From the human T2T-CHM13v2.0 reference genome, Homo sapiens, in the NCBI RefSeq assembly GCF_009914755.1, contig NC_060930.1: DNA of 64,000 nucleotides. One strand, given 5' to 3'. The translations under genes were made by a program, and so were the position numbers. The notes beneath the pieces are model-generated. The model was not told where the DNA came from, ran no database searches, and saw nothing but the letters and a program-made list of their open reading frames with translations. This document shows positions 1 to 17,005 of this stretch, piece by piece (the stretch's first letter is position 1; every line of letters starts with the position of its first letter).

Positions 1-90
1 GCAAAGCACCGTGACCCACGTATACCTATGTAATAAAACTGTACCTTCTGCACATGTACCCCAGAACTTAAAATATAATAAAAAAAGAAA
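1..90 (+). mobile_element. LINE-1 3' end with A-rich tail (runs in from the previous window)
   Basis: ...ctgcacatgtaccccagaacttaaaatataataaaaaaag is a typical primate L1 3' terminus. Confidence 0.85.
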
Positions 91-207
91 AAGTGAGAAG
101 AAAATAAGATAAGTAGAAATCAGATGCCTTTGTAAGTACATATAATTCATGACTGTCAGGGTGGACAGTGCTATGTGAGCACATTTAAACTCCGTTAACT
201 ATCAATT

Positions 208-397
208 ATGTTGAACACCTTTTCATATGCCTGTTTGCCATTTGTATATCTTCTTTTGAGAAATGTCTGTTCAAATCTTTTCCCTATTTTTTGATCCCGT
301 TATTTGATTTTTTCCTATAGAGTGGTTTGAGCTCCTTATATATTCTGATTATTAATCCCTTGTCAGATGGGTAGTTTGCAAATATTTTCTCCCATAA
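208..397 (-). mobile_element. Old L1 (L1M) ORF2 C-terminal fragment
   Basis: ttttcatatgcctgtttgccatttgtatatcttcttttgagaaatgtctgttc...tttgcaaatattttctcccat is antisense L1 ORF2 3' sequence. Confidence 0.8.
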
Positions 398-854
398 AAT
401 TAAAATATGATCAATATTCTTTTGGTGGTAATAACTTTTTTTTCCTTTATTCCTTCTTTTCCATTTTGTAGTGGATATTGTAAGGATTATTAACTGTATT
501 CCATTACAATTGCTCTAGGAATAGTTATTTGATAAAATAAACATTTACATATCTGATAAGTACATGGTTGTCCCCATATGGATTGAGAAGTAACTGGAGG
601 GAAATCAACCTTGACATTCAAAAGTGCTACTTCTCTGAGTCTCCTAATATTATAAGGTTGAACTTCACCAGCTTATCAGCCTGCAGGAAGTGGGTTGTCC
701 TGGGTCTACGGAATGGAAAGCTGATAGATAAACCTCAGGTGTATTCTCTTCTCTGGTCACATCTGTTTTCAAATTTTTCTCATTGGGCTGGATAGAAAGT
801 CTATAGAAAGTTAATCCTCTGGATGTCTATGTTGAAAGAACCTCTTTTTAAAAC

Positions 855-2390
855 TTTTTTAAATTTTTTTTATTTTCATAGGTTTTGGGGGGAATGGGTG
901 GTGTTTTCTTACATGAATAAGTTATTTAGTGGTGATTTCTGAGATTTTGGTGCACCCATCGCCTGGGCAGTATACACAGTACCCAGCTGGTAGCCTTTTA
1001 TCCCTTATCCCCTTCCTATCTTTTCCCCTGAGTCCCCAAAGTCCATTGCATCATTCTTATGCCTTTGGATCCTCATAGCTTAGCTCCCACTTATGAGTGA
1101 GAGCATATGATGTTTGGTTTTCCATTCCCAAATTACTTCCAATTCCATCCGGGTTGCTGCAAATGCCATTATTTCATTCATTTTTGTGGGTGAATAGTAT
1201 TCCATGGTATGTATATACCACAGTTTCTTTATCCACTTGCTTGATGGGCATTTGGGCTGGTTTCAGATTTTTGCAATTGTTAAATTCTGCTGTTGTAAAC
1301 ATGTGTGTGCAAGTACTTTTTTTTATAATGACTTCTTTTCCTCTGGGTGTATAACCAGTAGTGGGATTGCTGGATCAAATGGTAGTTCTATTTTTAGTTC
1401 TTTAAGGAATCTCCACAGTGTTTCCCATAGTGGTTGTACTGGTTTACATTCCCACCAGCAGTGTAAAAGTGTTTCTTTTTCACCACATCCCTGCCAACAT
1501 CTATTACTTTTTGATTATGGACATTTTTATGGGAGTAAGATGGTATCACATTGTGGTTTTGATTTGCATTTCCCTGATTATTACTGATGTTGAGCATTTT
1601 TCATATGTTTGTTGGCCATTTGTATATCTTCTTTTGAGAATTGTTTATTTATGTCCTTAGCCCACTTTTTGATGGGATTTTTGTTTTTTATTTCTTGCTA
1701 ATTTGTTGGAGTTCCTTGTATTACAGATTCTGGATATTAGTCCTTTGTTAGATGCATAGATTGTGAAAATTTTCTCCCACTCTGTGTGTTGTCTGTTTAC
1801 TCTGCTGATTGTTTCTTTTGCTGTGCAGAAGCTTTTAAGTTTAATTAAATCCTATCTATTTATCTTGGCTTTTGCTGCATTTGCTTTTGGGTTCTTGGTC
1901 ATGAAGTCTTTGCCTAAGCTAATGTCTAGAAGTGTTTTTCCAATGTTATCTTCTACAGTTTTTATGGTTTCAGATCTTAGATTTAAATCCTTGATTCATC
2001 TTGAGTTGATTTTTGTATAAGGTGAGAGATGACAGTCCAGGTGCATTCTTCTACATGTGGCTTGCCAATATCCTAGCACCATTTGTTGAATAGGGCATTT
2101 GTTGAATAGGGTGTCCTTTCCTCACTTTATGTTTTTGTTTGCTTTGTTGAAGATCATTTGGCTGTAAGTATTTGGCTTATTTTCTGGGTTCTCTATTCTC
2201 TTCCATTGTTCTATGTGTCTTTTTTTATACCAGTACCATGCTGTTTTGGTGACTATAGATTTATAGTATAGTTTGAAGTCAGGTAATGTGATGCCTCCAG
2301 ATTTTTTTTTTTTTTTTTTTTTTGCTTAGTTTTACTTTGGCTATGTGGGCTCTTTTTTGGTTCCACATAAATTTTAATTTTTTTTTTCTA
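855..2390 (-). mobile_element. 5'-truncated L1 (L1PB-like)
   Basis: T-rich tail at ~855, L1PB-type 3' UTR, antisense ORF2 end; TSD-like tgaaagaacctcttttta (833-850) / tgaaaaaacctctttta (2392-2408). Confidence 0.85.
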
Positions 2391-2527
2391 GTGAAAAAAC
2401 CTCTTTTAATATGCTACCATTATCCCCTACAGTGCTAGCCCCTCCCTCTGGGCACTTCCTGCAGGGTTTGGTGTCTGGAATTTGAGTTAGATTTCAGTCT
2501 TCTTCACCTCCTCAACAGGAGTACCCT

Positions 2528-2672
2528 TGTTAGTGGTGGTAGTTATCCACACGGTGTGCAGCAACCTCAATTCTTGGCTTCTCAGAAGAAATAATTCGAC
2601 TGAGGAGCATAAGGTGAAAGGAGAGGTGGACACAAGTTTTAAAGCAGGAGTAAAAGTTTATTAAAAAGCTTT
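2528..2672 (-). mobile_element. ERV1 LTR 3'-end fragment (MER50-like), abruptly truncated
   Basis: Reverse complement resembles the 3' end of the LTR at 40216-40925 (aataaactt..ctcctgct..ttatgc..ctcagt.gaatt.tttcttctgag..aaca). Confidence 0.7.
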
Positions 2673-2815
2673 TGGATTGTATTTCTAGCTATTTTAATCT
2701 CTTTGTAGAAATTGTGAATGGGAATCCACTCATGATTTGGCTCTCTGTTTGTCTGTTATTGGTGTGTAGGAATGCTTGTGATTTTTGCACATTAATTTTG
2801 GGCTGAGGTGATGGT
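2673..2815 (-). mobile_element. Short L1PA ORF2 patch with internal deletion
   Basis: Matches L1PA antisense ORF2 as at 61920-62100; about 50 bp lost between two attttg copies. Confidence 0.75.
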
Positions 2816-4113
2816 GTGGTGTCAGCCAAAGCATTTTATAGTGCAGTGAGAGCAGGATCTGTCCTCATTTATGCATGCCAGCAGCAGCAGCAGTGGCAGC
2901 ACGGCGGGGTGCACATTCATCTGCTGTAGCAGGGTGCTAGTACATGCTGAGATGCCTGCCTTTATATGGGCATTCACCACAGTGGTTGAGGCAATAAGGC
3001 TCAGAGGGGTTGGGGAGTGCAACCATGTGTATGGTCACACTGGTGGTGGTGTTTGCATGGAGGCAGGACGGTGGTGGGTGCAAGTCTGTGTGCATTCTCT
3101 GTGCACTGCAGTAAGGGATGATTGCACAGGGTGAGGGAGGGTTCACTGTTCTTCATGCCTAATTTCACTCCTGCAGTAGTGTTGATACAAGGACTAGGTG
3201 CTGGCAGATTCAGGGCCCACTAAGGCTCTGACTGTAATGGTGCTTGGTGGGCAAGGGGGAATGAGGTTGCACTTCTGCTGCAGCAGTGGCAGGGCATGTT
3301 GTATGCACACGTGTGTCTTAGTGGGTCAAGGAAAGCAAAATCTGCCTATACACACATGTGCTGGCAAAGTGATGTGCAAGATTGCTCTGGGATCAGGGGA
3401 ACCTGCAGTGTGGGGAGGGGGTGGGCAGTCTGTGCATGGCTGCGGGGGCTGCTCTGCTGGAGCTTTCTGCTGGTCAAGCATGGTCTGCCAGTGCAGAAGC
3501 TATGATGCAGATCTCCAGGGCATCCAAGGCTGCACTGCAAGCAGGTGTTGCCGGGCTGAAGTCCTGGGGGAGGACAGCAGACCAAGGGGGGCTCAGGTTG
3601 GACTGGCCCAGTCTGACAGGCAAGACTGCCATGCAAAGTTCAGGCCCTACAGTTTTTCGAGGGCTAAAGTCTCCTATGGGAGCAAGCTGAACCTAGGGAG
3701 ATGGCTGTTTCTGGCCATGCTCCACTGCAGACACTCCTACACCAAACTCTTTGGGCTACACATTAGCTGGCTTGCTGTGCTACCACTTCTCTAAACAGCT
3801 CTCCCTGCCAGCTTGAGTGTTTGTGGTGGTCAAGGGTTGCCTCCTGCTGGGCTTCCAGATGCCCTTTGTGAGAGCACATTGCTCTTTGCCAGTTCAATGC
3901 TCCCATTTCCCTAGAGTCACTGGGGGCCTGGAAAAAGTCCTCATGCTCAGTAGCCCTGTGCATGGTTCCCAGTTCCTCCCCTTCCATTTCAGCTTCTATG
4001 TCTTCCCTTCATCTACTCTTGGTGCCTTCCCTCTGAAGATCTGTTACAAGTGCACCAGTAATCTCAGTTCTCAGTGGCAGTTGTTCTGCCTGGCTGCATC
4101 TAGTCAGCCATAT
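2816..4113 (-). mobile_element. L1 5' UTR (L1PB/old L1PA type), body deleted
   Basis: GC-richer tract ending ctgcatctagtcagccatattg, the reverse complement of the L1 start caagatggctgactagatgcag. Confidence 0.65.
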
Positions 4114-4203
4114 TGTTCTGTCCTCTGTCAGTTCTAATAGCTTTTTGGTGGAGTCTTTGGGTTTTTTCAAATAGAAGATCATATCATCTGCAAACAAGGA
4201 TAA

Positions 4204-4854
<651 letters not shown>

Positions 4855-6624
4855 TGATTTGCATATGTTGAACCATCCTCGCATCCCTGGGATAAATCCC
4901 ACATGATCATGATGAATGCTCTTCTTAATGTGTTGTTGAATTCAGTTTGCTAGTACTTTGTTGAGGATTTTTGCATCAATGTTCATCAGGGATATTGGCC
5001 TGTAGTGTTTTTTTTGTTGTTGTTCTTTGTCTGGTTTTAGTATCAGGGTAATACTGGCCTCTTAGAATGAGTTTAGATATATTTCCTCTTCCTCTGTTTT
5101 TCAGAACAGTTTGAATAGGATTGACATTAATTCTTCATCAAATGTTTTGTAGAATTCAGCAGTGAAGCCACTGGGTTCCAGGCTTTTCTTTGCTGGGAGA
5201 CTTTTTATTATGGCTTTCATCCTGTTACTTGTTATTGGTCTGTTCAGGCTTTGGATTTCTTAATGGCTCAATCGGGATTGTATGTATCTAGAGATTTATT
5301 AATTTCTTCTTGATTTTCCAATTTATTAGCCAATGGCTACTCATAAAAATCACTAATGATCCCTTGAATTTCTGTGGTATCAGATACAATGTCTCTTTTT
5401 TATTTCTGATTTAATTTATTTGGATCTTGTCTCTCTTTTTCTTAGTCTATCTAAAGGCTTATCAATTTTGTTTTATATTTTCAAAAAAATGGCTTTTTGG
5501 TTCATTGATCTTTGTATTGTTTGCTTCATTTCAATTTTATTTATTTCTGGTGTCATATTATTTTTTCTGCTAATTTTAGGTTTGGTTCTTTTATTGTTTT
5601 TTAAGATGCATCATTAGGTTACTTATTTGTAGTGTTTTTTTTGATATAGGTTGCTTATTGCTATAAACTTCCCTCTTGGTGCTGCTTTTGCTGTACTAAT
5701 CTCACAGGTTTTGGTATGCTGTGTTTCCACCATCATTTCTTTCAAGAAATTTTAAAATCTCCTTTTTAATTTCTTCATTGACCCACTGTTCATTCAGGAG
5801 CATGTTGTTTAATTTCTATGTGTTTGTATAGTTTCTAACATTCCTCTTGCTATTAATGTCTAGTTTTATTCCATTGTGGTCAGAAGATACTTGATATTAT
5901 TTCTTTTCTTTTATTAAGACTTGTTTTGTGATCTAACCTATGGCTTATCCTGGAGAATGATACATGTGGTGAGAAGAATGTGGTATTCTGCAGCAATGGG
6001 AGAAAATGTTCTGTAAATATCTACTAGGTTCATTTGGTCTATAGTGCAGAATGTTTCATGTTTCTTTGTTGATTTTCTGCCTGAAAGATCTATCCAATGC
6101 TGAAAATGTGGTGTTGAAGTCTCCTGCTAGTATTGTATGGGAGTCTATTTCTCTCTTTAGCTCTAATAATATTTCCTTTATATATCTGGTCCATATATAG
6201 TTACAATTGTTATATCCTCTTGCTAAATTGACCCCTTTATCATTATATAATGACCTTCTTTGTTTTTTCTTATAGTTTTTGTCTCTAAATCTATTTTTGT
6301 CTGATATAAATATAGCTACTCCTGCCTCTTTTTGTTTCCATTGGCATGGAATATCTTTTTTTCATCTTTTTATTTTTAGTCTATGTGTGCCTTTATTGGT
6401 GAAATGTATTTCTTTTCAGCAGCAGATTGTTGGGTATTTTTAAAATCCATTTAGCCACTTTGTGCCTTTTGATTGTAGAGTTTACTCTACTGCATTCAAT
6501 ATTATTATTTATAAGTAAGGATATACTTTTGTCATTTTGTTATTTTCTGGTTGTTTTGTGGTCTTCTCTTCCTTCTTTTCTTTCTTCTTGTCTTCCTTTT
6601 AGTTAAGATGATTTTCTCTGGTGG

Positions 6625-7000
6625 TGTATTAGTCTGTTTTCACACTGCTGTTAAGAACTGCCCAAGACTGGGAAATTTATAAAGGAAAGAGTTTTAATTG
6701 ACTCACAGTTCAGTATGGCTGGGGAGACCTCAGGAAACTTACAGTCATGGCAGAAGGTGAAGGGGAAGCAAGACACCTTTTTCACAAGGTGGTAGGAAGG
6801 AAAATGAATGCAGGAGGAACTATCAAACACTATAAAATCATCATATCTGGTGAAAATGCACTCACTATCGAGAACAGCATGGGCAAAACCTCCCTCATGA
6901 TCCAATTGTGTCCACGTGGTGTCTCCCTTGTCATGTGGGGATTATAGGAATTATAATTCAAGATGAGATTTGGATGGTGACACAAAGCCTAACCGTATCA
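6625..7000 (-). mobile_element. MaLR solo LTR (THE1D/MSTA-like)
   Basis: TG...CA ends (tgtattagtc...aaccgtatca), 376 bp, perfect 5-bp TSD ggtgg. Confidence 0.92.
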
Positions 7001-7106
7001 GGTGGTATGATTTAATTTCTTGCTTTTTAGTTTTTGTGTATCCATTGCATATTTTTTTGATTTGAGCTTACCGTGAGGCTTGCATGTACTATCTTATAAC
7101 CCATTA

Positions 7107-7495
<389 letters not shown>

Positions 7496-8459
7496 TTAAA
7501 CTTTGTCCTCTTCTGTTTAACTTTTTGTTGTTTCTATTTATATCTTATTGTACTATTTCTTGAAAATTTATTGTAGTTACTGTTTTCAATTGGTTTATTT
7601 TTTAGTCCTTCTACTTAGGATAAGAGTAGTTCACACACCACAATTACAGTGTTATAATATTCTGTGTTTTTCTGTGAACTTACTATTACCAGTGAATTTT
7701 GTACCTTCAGATGATTTTTTTTTATTCCTTATTAACCTTCTTTTCTTTCTGATTGAAATACTCCCCTTAACATCTCTTGAGGGACAGGCCTGGTGTTGAT
7801 GACATCTCTCAGCTTTGGTTTGGAGAGTTTTTATTTCTACTTCATGTTTGAAGGATATTTTCGCTGGATATACTCCCCTAGGGTAAATTTTTTTTCCTTT
7901 AGCACTTTATATACACCATGCCACTCTCTCCTGTAAGGTTTCCACTGAAAAGTCTGCTGCCAGATGTACTGGAGCTCCTTTGTATGTTATTTCTTTCTTT
8001 TCCCTCACTACTTTTTGCATCCTTTCTCTATCTTTGGCCTTTGTGAGTTTGATTATTAAATGTCTTGGGGTAATGTTGTTTGGATTTGATCTATTTTTGT
8101 GTTCTAAAACCTTCTCGTACTTAGATATTGATATCTTTCTCTAGGTTTGGAAACTTCTGTGTTATTATCCCTTTGAATAAACTTTCCACCTGATCTCTCT
8201 CTCTCTACTTCCTCTTTAAGACCAATAACTCTTATATTTGGCCTTTCAGTCTGTTTTCTAGATTTTGTAGACATGCTTTATTCTTTTTTATTCTTTTTCT
8301 TTTGTCTCCTCTTACTGTATATTTTCAAATAGCCTACCTTCAAGCTCACTAATTCTTATTTCTGCTTGATCTAGTCTTTTACTAAGAGACTCTGATGCAT
8401 TCTTCAGTATATCAGTTGAATTTTTCAACTCCAGGATCCACTTTTTAAGATTAATTTTT

Positions 8460-8575
8460 AAAGCCTAGGCAAGTACAGTAGTGAGAAGGCAGGAAAGAGC
8501 AGAACAGGGAATTCAATCTGTGAACAGTTGTATAACTGTGAACAATTTAGATAACTTACTACCTTTGGACTAGCC
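8460..8575 (-). pseudogene. RNY1: Y1 RNA (hY1) retropseudogene
   Basis: Reverse complement GGCTAGTCCAAAGGTAGTAAGTTATCT...CCTTCTCACTACTGTACTTGCCTAGGCTTT aligns end to end with hY1; degenerate A tail 8435-8459; TSD tcaactccag at 8425-8434 and 8576-8585. Confidence 0.92.
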
Positions 8576-11500
8576 TCAACTCCAGAGTTTCTGCTTGATT
8601 CTTTTTAATTATATCAATCTATTTGTTAAATTTATTTGATATAATTCTGAATTCCTTCTCTGTGTTATCTTGAATTTCTTTGAGTTTCCTCAAAATAGCT
8701 ATTTTAAATTCCTTGTCTGAAAGTTCGCATATTTCTGTTTTTCCAGGATTGGTCTCTGGTGCCTTATTTAGTACATTTGATGAAGTTATGGTTTTTCTGG
8801 ATGATTGTGATGCTTGTGAATGTTTGTTGCTGTATAAGCATGGAATAATTAGGTATTTATTGTAGTCTTTGCAGTCTGGGCTTCTTTGTATCCATCCTTC
8901 TTGGGAAGGCTTTCCAAGTATTCAAACAGACTCAGGTGTTGAGCTCTAAGTCGTATCTATGTTAGTTGGGTACCCAAAGCCTAGTAATACTTTGGTTCTT
9001 GTAGTTTCGTAGAGGTACCACCTTGGTGGCCTTAGAGAAGATCTGAAAGAACTCTCTGGATTACCAGGCAGAAACTCTTGTTCTCTTCTCTTACTTTCTC
9101 CCAAGCAAACAGAGTCTCTCTCTCTGCTGAGCCACCTGGAGCTGGGGAAGAAAGTTAGCACTCCTGTGGCCACTACCACTGGGACTGCACTGGGTGCCAC
9201 CCAAGGCCTGTTGTAACCACTACCTGGTTATTGCCTATGTTTGCTCAGGGCCCTAGCACTCTACTATCAGCAGGTGGTGAGATCATCCAGGCTTGTGTCT
9301 TTCCCTTCAGAGTGGCAAGTTCCCTAGGACCCAGGCAGGTTCAGAAGTGCCATTCAGGAGCCAGGGACTGGATTCAAAAGCCTTAGAAATCTACCTGATG
9401 CTCTATTATACTGTGACTAAGCTGTCACTCAAGCCACAAGACAAAGTCCTTCCCAATATTCCCTTCTTTTTCCATAGGCAGGGGAACCTGTCTTCATGGC
9501 AACCACAATGACATGGCCATGGAGAGTACTGCCAGGCTATCGCTGATGTTCACTTAAGGCTCAAGGGCTCTTCAGTCAGCTTGTGGTGAATGTTGCCAGG
9601 CCTAGGACTTACGCTTCAGAGAAGTGGTCCCCACTTTGGCCTACAGTAAGTCCAGAAATGCCATCCAAGAGCCAAGGCCTGGAACCAAGGACCCCAAGAG
9701 GCTGCTTGGTGTTCTTTCCCACTGTGGATGAGCAGGTACCTAAATGGCAAGACAAAATCTCCTTTACTTTTCCCTCTGCTGTTCTCAATTAGGAGTCTTT
9801 CACCATAGCCATCACAGCTGGGAATGTGTTGGGTCTCACCTGAAGCCAGCATGTCTCAGAGTCTCACTCAAGGCTCGTTACATGTACCATCTGGGTATCA
9901 CTGCTGGTTATTCAGGGTCCAAGGGCTCCTTATTCAGCAGGTGAAAAATTCTGCCAGGACTTGGTTCTTCCCTTCAAGGCAGTGAGTTCCCTTCTTGTGC
10001 AGGCTGTGTCTAGACAAGTCATTCAGGACCCAGGGCCTGGAATGGGAGGCCTCATGATTCTGTTCAATGCCCTATTCTACTGTGGCTGAGCTGGTGTATA
10101 ATATACAAGACAAAGTCTTCTTTACTCTTTCCTCTGCTCTCCTCAAGCAGAAGGAAGAAGTCACTTTCATTGCTGTGAGTCACACTGCCTGGGGTTTGGG
10201 ATGGGATAGTGCAAGCATTCCCTTAGTTTCCCCCACTGGTATCTCACTAGTTCATGTGTCCCCCAAGTCTACTTGCATCAAGCCCAGCAGAATACTAGGA
10301 CTTGCCTAGGAATTGCAGTTCTTGTGTCCTAGATTTCCTTTGAAGTTTGTTTAGTAACCCAGAGCCCTTTAGCCCATGGTGTTGAGGCTTGCTGAAACTC
10401 AGGTTCCAGCAGCTGGGATGGACAATTCACCTTTGGCTAGGGCTGGCCTAAATACTCTCTCCATGAGCAAGCATTGGCTGAGTTCAGCATGTTTTTTCTG
10501 TTTATTTTTTCTTTTTTGTTTATTTTTCTTTGTCTTTTTTGTGGTCTCTGCCCCCCGCCCCCCACCACCCCATGGTTTTTCTTTCTGCTATGTGAGGGCA
10601 GCACTGATTTGAACACAAAGATCCACAGTTGCTGTGCTCTCTGTCCCCTAAGCATTCAAGCTATCTCCCTGTGTTAGGTGGCTGCTGTCATGGGATGGGG
10701 GAGGGGTGGCATCAGTGATCCAAGACCGTCTTTCCTACCCTCTTCTGTGCCTCTTTCAGCAATATGAAATTGACACCATGTAGTATGAGTGGTCACTTGA
10801 CTTTTGGTTCTTATGAAGGTGCTTTTTTGTGTAGATAGTTGTTAAATTTGGTGTTCCTGCAAGGAGGATTATCAGTGAAAGCTTCTATTTGACCATCTTG
10901 CTCCACCCTCCAAGGACTTCGTAATTATTCTCCCATTCATCATGAATTTGTTTCTCTCTACCAGATTATCCTCATAAATATAAAAATATATTACATTTCC
11001 CATCTAAAACCAAACATTTCAAAACAAAACAAAACAAAATACCTTTCTTGTCTTTACATCCCCTTCCTACTAACTTCTTATCTATCTTCTCTCTTTCATG
11101 GTTAGCTATATGAAAACACAGTTTCTGGTCAGATCCTGTACTTTCTCACCTTACCGCCTTTCACCAACCCACTCAAGTTGGACTGCTGTTTTTCAGGTCA
11201 CTGATAACTTTCATATTTCTGAATGGTTACACCCACCCCTAACTTTTTGCAGTGCTTAAGGCAAGAGTTCAAATGGAGAGCTATAAAACATGTTACCAAG
11301 TGTTTAGAAGTTAGAAATCAAGCTTTTAGACTGTTTAATAAAATGTGTCAATTTTTTTACCTTAACAAACATAACTTTATGTTCACTATATGGTATTGAA
11401 AAAAAGCTCGAAGTGTTTTTCCTACTTTTACTCATGCTCCACTTAACACAACACTTCTAACACCAGATGTGTGTGGGGTCTTTCCCTGCAGACCAACTAG

Positions 11501-11634
11501 TTCTCCAGTGGACACCAGCTGGGTGCTCTATAATTCAATTCAATTCTGACATTATTTGTGGATAATGTTAAATCCCAGAGGTTAGGGGCTCAGTTCCACA
11601 AGACTGCTCTCGCTTCAGATGTCAATTGCAAGTA

Positions 11635-12789
11635 CAATTGGCCTTCCATATCTCAGGTTCCACGTCTGAGGGTTCAATCAACCAGGGGTCAAAAATATTA
11701 AAAAAAAAACAATAAAAGCATACAAAACACAATAATAAAAATACAAATAAAAACCAACACAGTAAACAGTTATTAACCTAGTATTTATATTGTATTAGAT
11801 ATTATACAATCTCTCTAGATTGCTATTACTATTACTATTAGTGTAGAGATGATCATCTCTAGATTTGTCTAGAGATGATTTACAGTATATGGGAGGATGT
11901 GTATAGTTTATATGCAAATACTCCACAATTTTATATAAGAAACTTAAGCTCACCTGGCCAGCCGCCCCATCCAGGAGGGAGGTGGGGGGCAGCCCACGCC
12001 CGGCCAGCCTCCCCGTCCGGGAGGTGGGGGGCGCCTCTGCCCGGCCGCCCCTTCTGGGAAGTGAGGAGCCCCTCTGCCTGGCCGCCACCCCGTCTGGGAG
12101 GTGTACCCAACAGCTCATTGAGAACGGGCCATGATGATGGTGGCGGTTTTGTCGAATAGAAAAGGGGGAAATGTGGGGAAAAGATAGAGAAATCAGATTG
12201 TTGCTGTGTCTGTGTAGAAAGAAGTAGACATAGGAGACTCCATTTTGTTCTGTACTAAGAAAAATTCTTCTGCCTTGGGATGCTGTCAATCTATAACCTT
12301 ACCCCCAACCCCGTGCTCTCTGAAACATGTGCTGTGTCCACTCAGGGTTAAATGGATTAAGGGCGGTGCAAGATGTGCTTTGTTAAACAGATGCTTGAAG
12401 GCAGCATGCTCGTTAAGAGTCATCACCACTCCCTAATCTCAAGTACCCAGGGACACAAACACTGCGGAAAGCCGCAGGGTCCTCTGCCTAGGAAAACCAG
12501 AGACCCTTGTTCACTTGTTTATCTGCTGACCTTCCCTCCGCTATTGTCCTATGACCCTGCCAAATCCCCCTCTGTGAGAAACACCCAAGAATGATCAATA
12601 AATACAAAAACAAAACAAAACAAAACAAAAACCCAAAAAAACTACTTTGTGTCCCATTCATCAGGTAAAACTAGTCCTCTAAAAAAAAAAAAAAAAAAAA
12701 AAAAAAGAAGCTTAAGCTTCCTTGGATTTGGATTTTGGCATCCGTGGGTGTCCTGAAACCTATCTCCTTTGAATGCCAAGGGACAACTG
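11635..12789. mobile_element. MER2-like Tigger-family DNA transposon, split by the SVA
   Basis: Degenerate TIRs caattggccttc / caagggacaactg, TA duplications at 11633-11634 and 12790-12791. Confidence 0.8.
11951..12706 (+). mobile_element. 5'-truncated SVA (older SVA_B/C-like) with 3' transduction and two A tails
   Basis: VNTR units 11951-~12105, SINE-R to aatgatcaataaa (~12603), A-rich tail, 39-bp extra segment, poly(A) 12681-12706; TSD aagaaacttaagct (11937-11950) / aagaagcttaagct (12705-12718). Confidence 0.95.
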
Positions 12790-13340
12790 TAGTAGGTTGT
12801 CACCCATACTTCTACCAGACTGGCTGTAGATTGGCGTTCCAAAGACCCCCCTCCTCAGGTTTGATTAATTTGCTAGAGTGGCTTACAGAACTCAGGGAAA
12901 CACTTTACTTATGTTTACATGGTTATTAATAAATGATCCAGATGAATATCCAGAGGAGATAAATAGGACAAATCATGAGGAAAGGAGCCCAGAGCTTTCA
13001 TCCTTTTTCTGGGTGCCAGCTATCTGGAAGCTCATCCAAACTCAGTTTTTTAGGGTTTTTATGGAGACTTTATTATGCAGGTAAGATTGATTAAATCATT
13101 GGCTATTGGTGATCAGCTCAACTTTTTTATTATTGTTATTATACTCTAAGTTCTAGGGTACATGTGTAAAATGTGCAGGTTTGATACATAGGTATACCTG
13201 TGCCATGTTGGTTTGCTGCAACCATCAACTGATCATTTAGATTAGGGATTTCTCTAATGCTATCTCTCCCCCAACCCCCCACACCCTGACAGGCCCTAGT
13301 GTGTGATGTTCCCCACCCTGTGTCCACGTGATCTCATTGT

Positions 13341-16942
<3,602 letters not shown>

Positions 16943-17005
16943 TGTGATGTTCGCTGGTTATTTTTCCCGTTAATTTATCCAGTTTCTTCATAGCATCGAT
17001 GCTCT

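Noticed and set aside
2080-2111. 16-bp tandem duplication catttgttgaataggg (similar ~28-bp duplication at 45004-45059)
   Set aside because: Ordinary slippage duplications inside dead L1s
3198-3794. 198-aa Cys/Gly-rich ORF and overlapping ORFs
   Set aside because: Antisense frames of a GC-richer L1 5' UTR; no ATG start or recognisable domain
11795-12594. ORFs of 63-164 aa
   Set aside because: SVA VNTR/SINE-R frames
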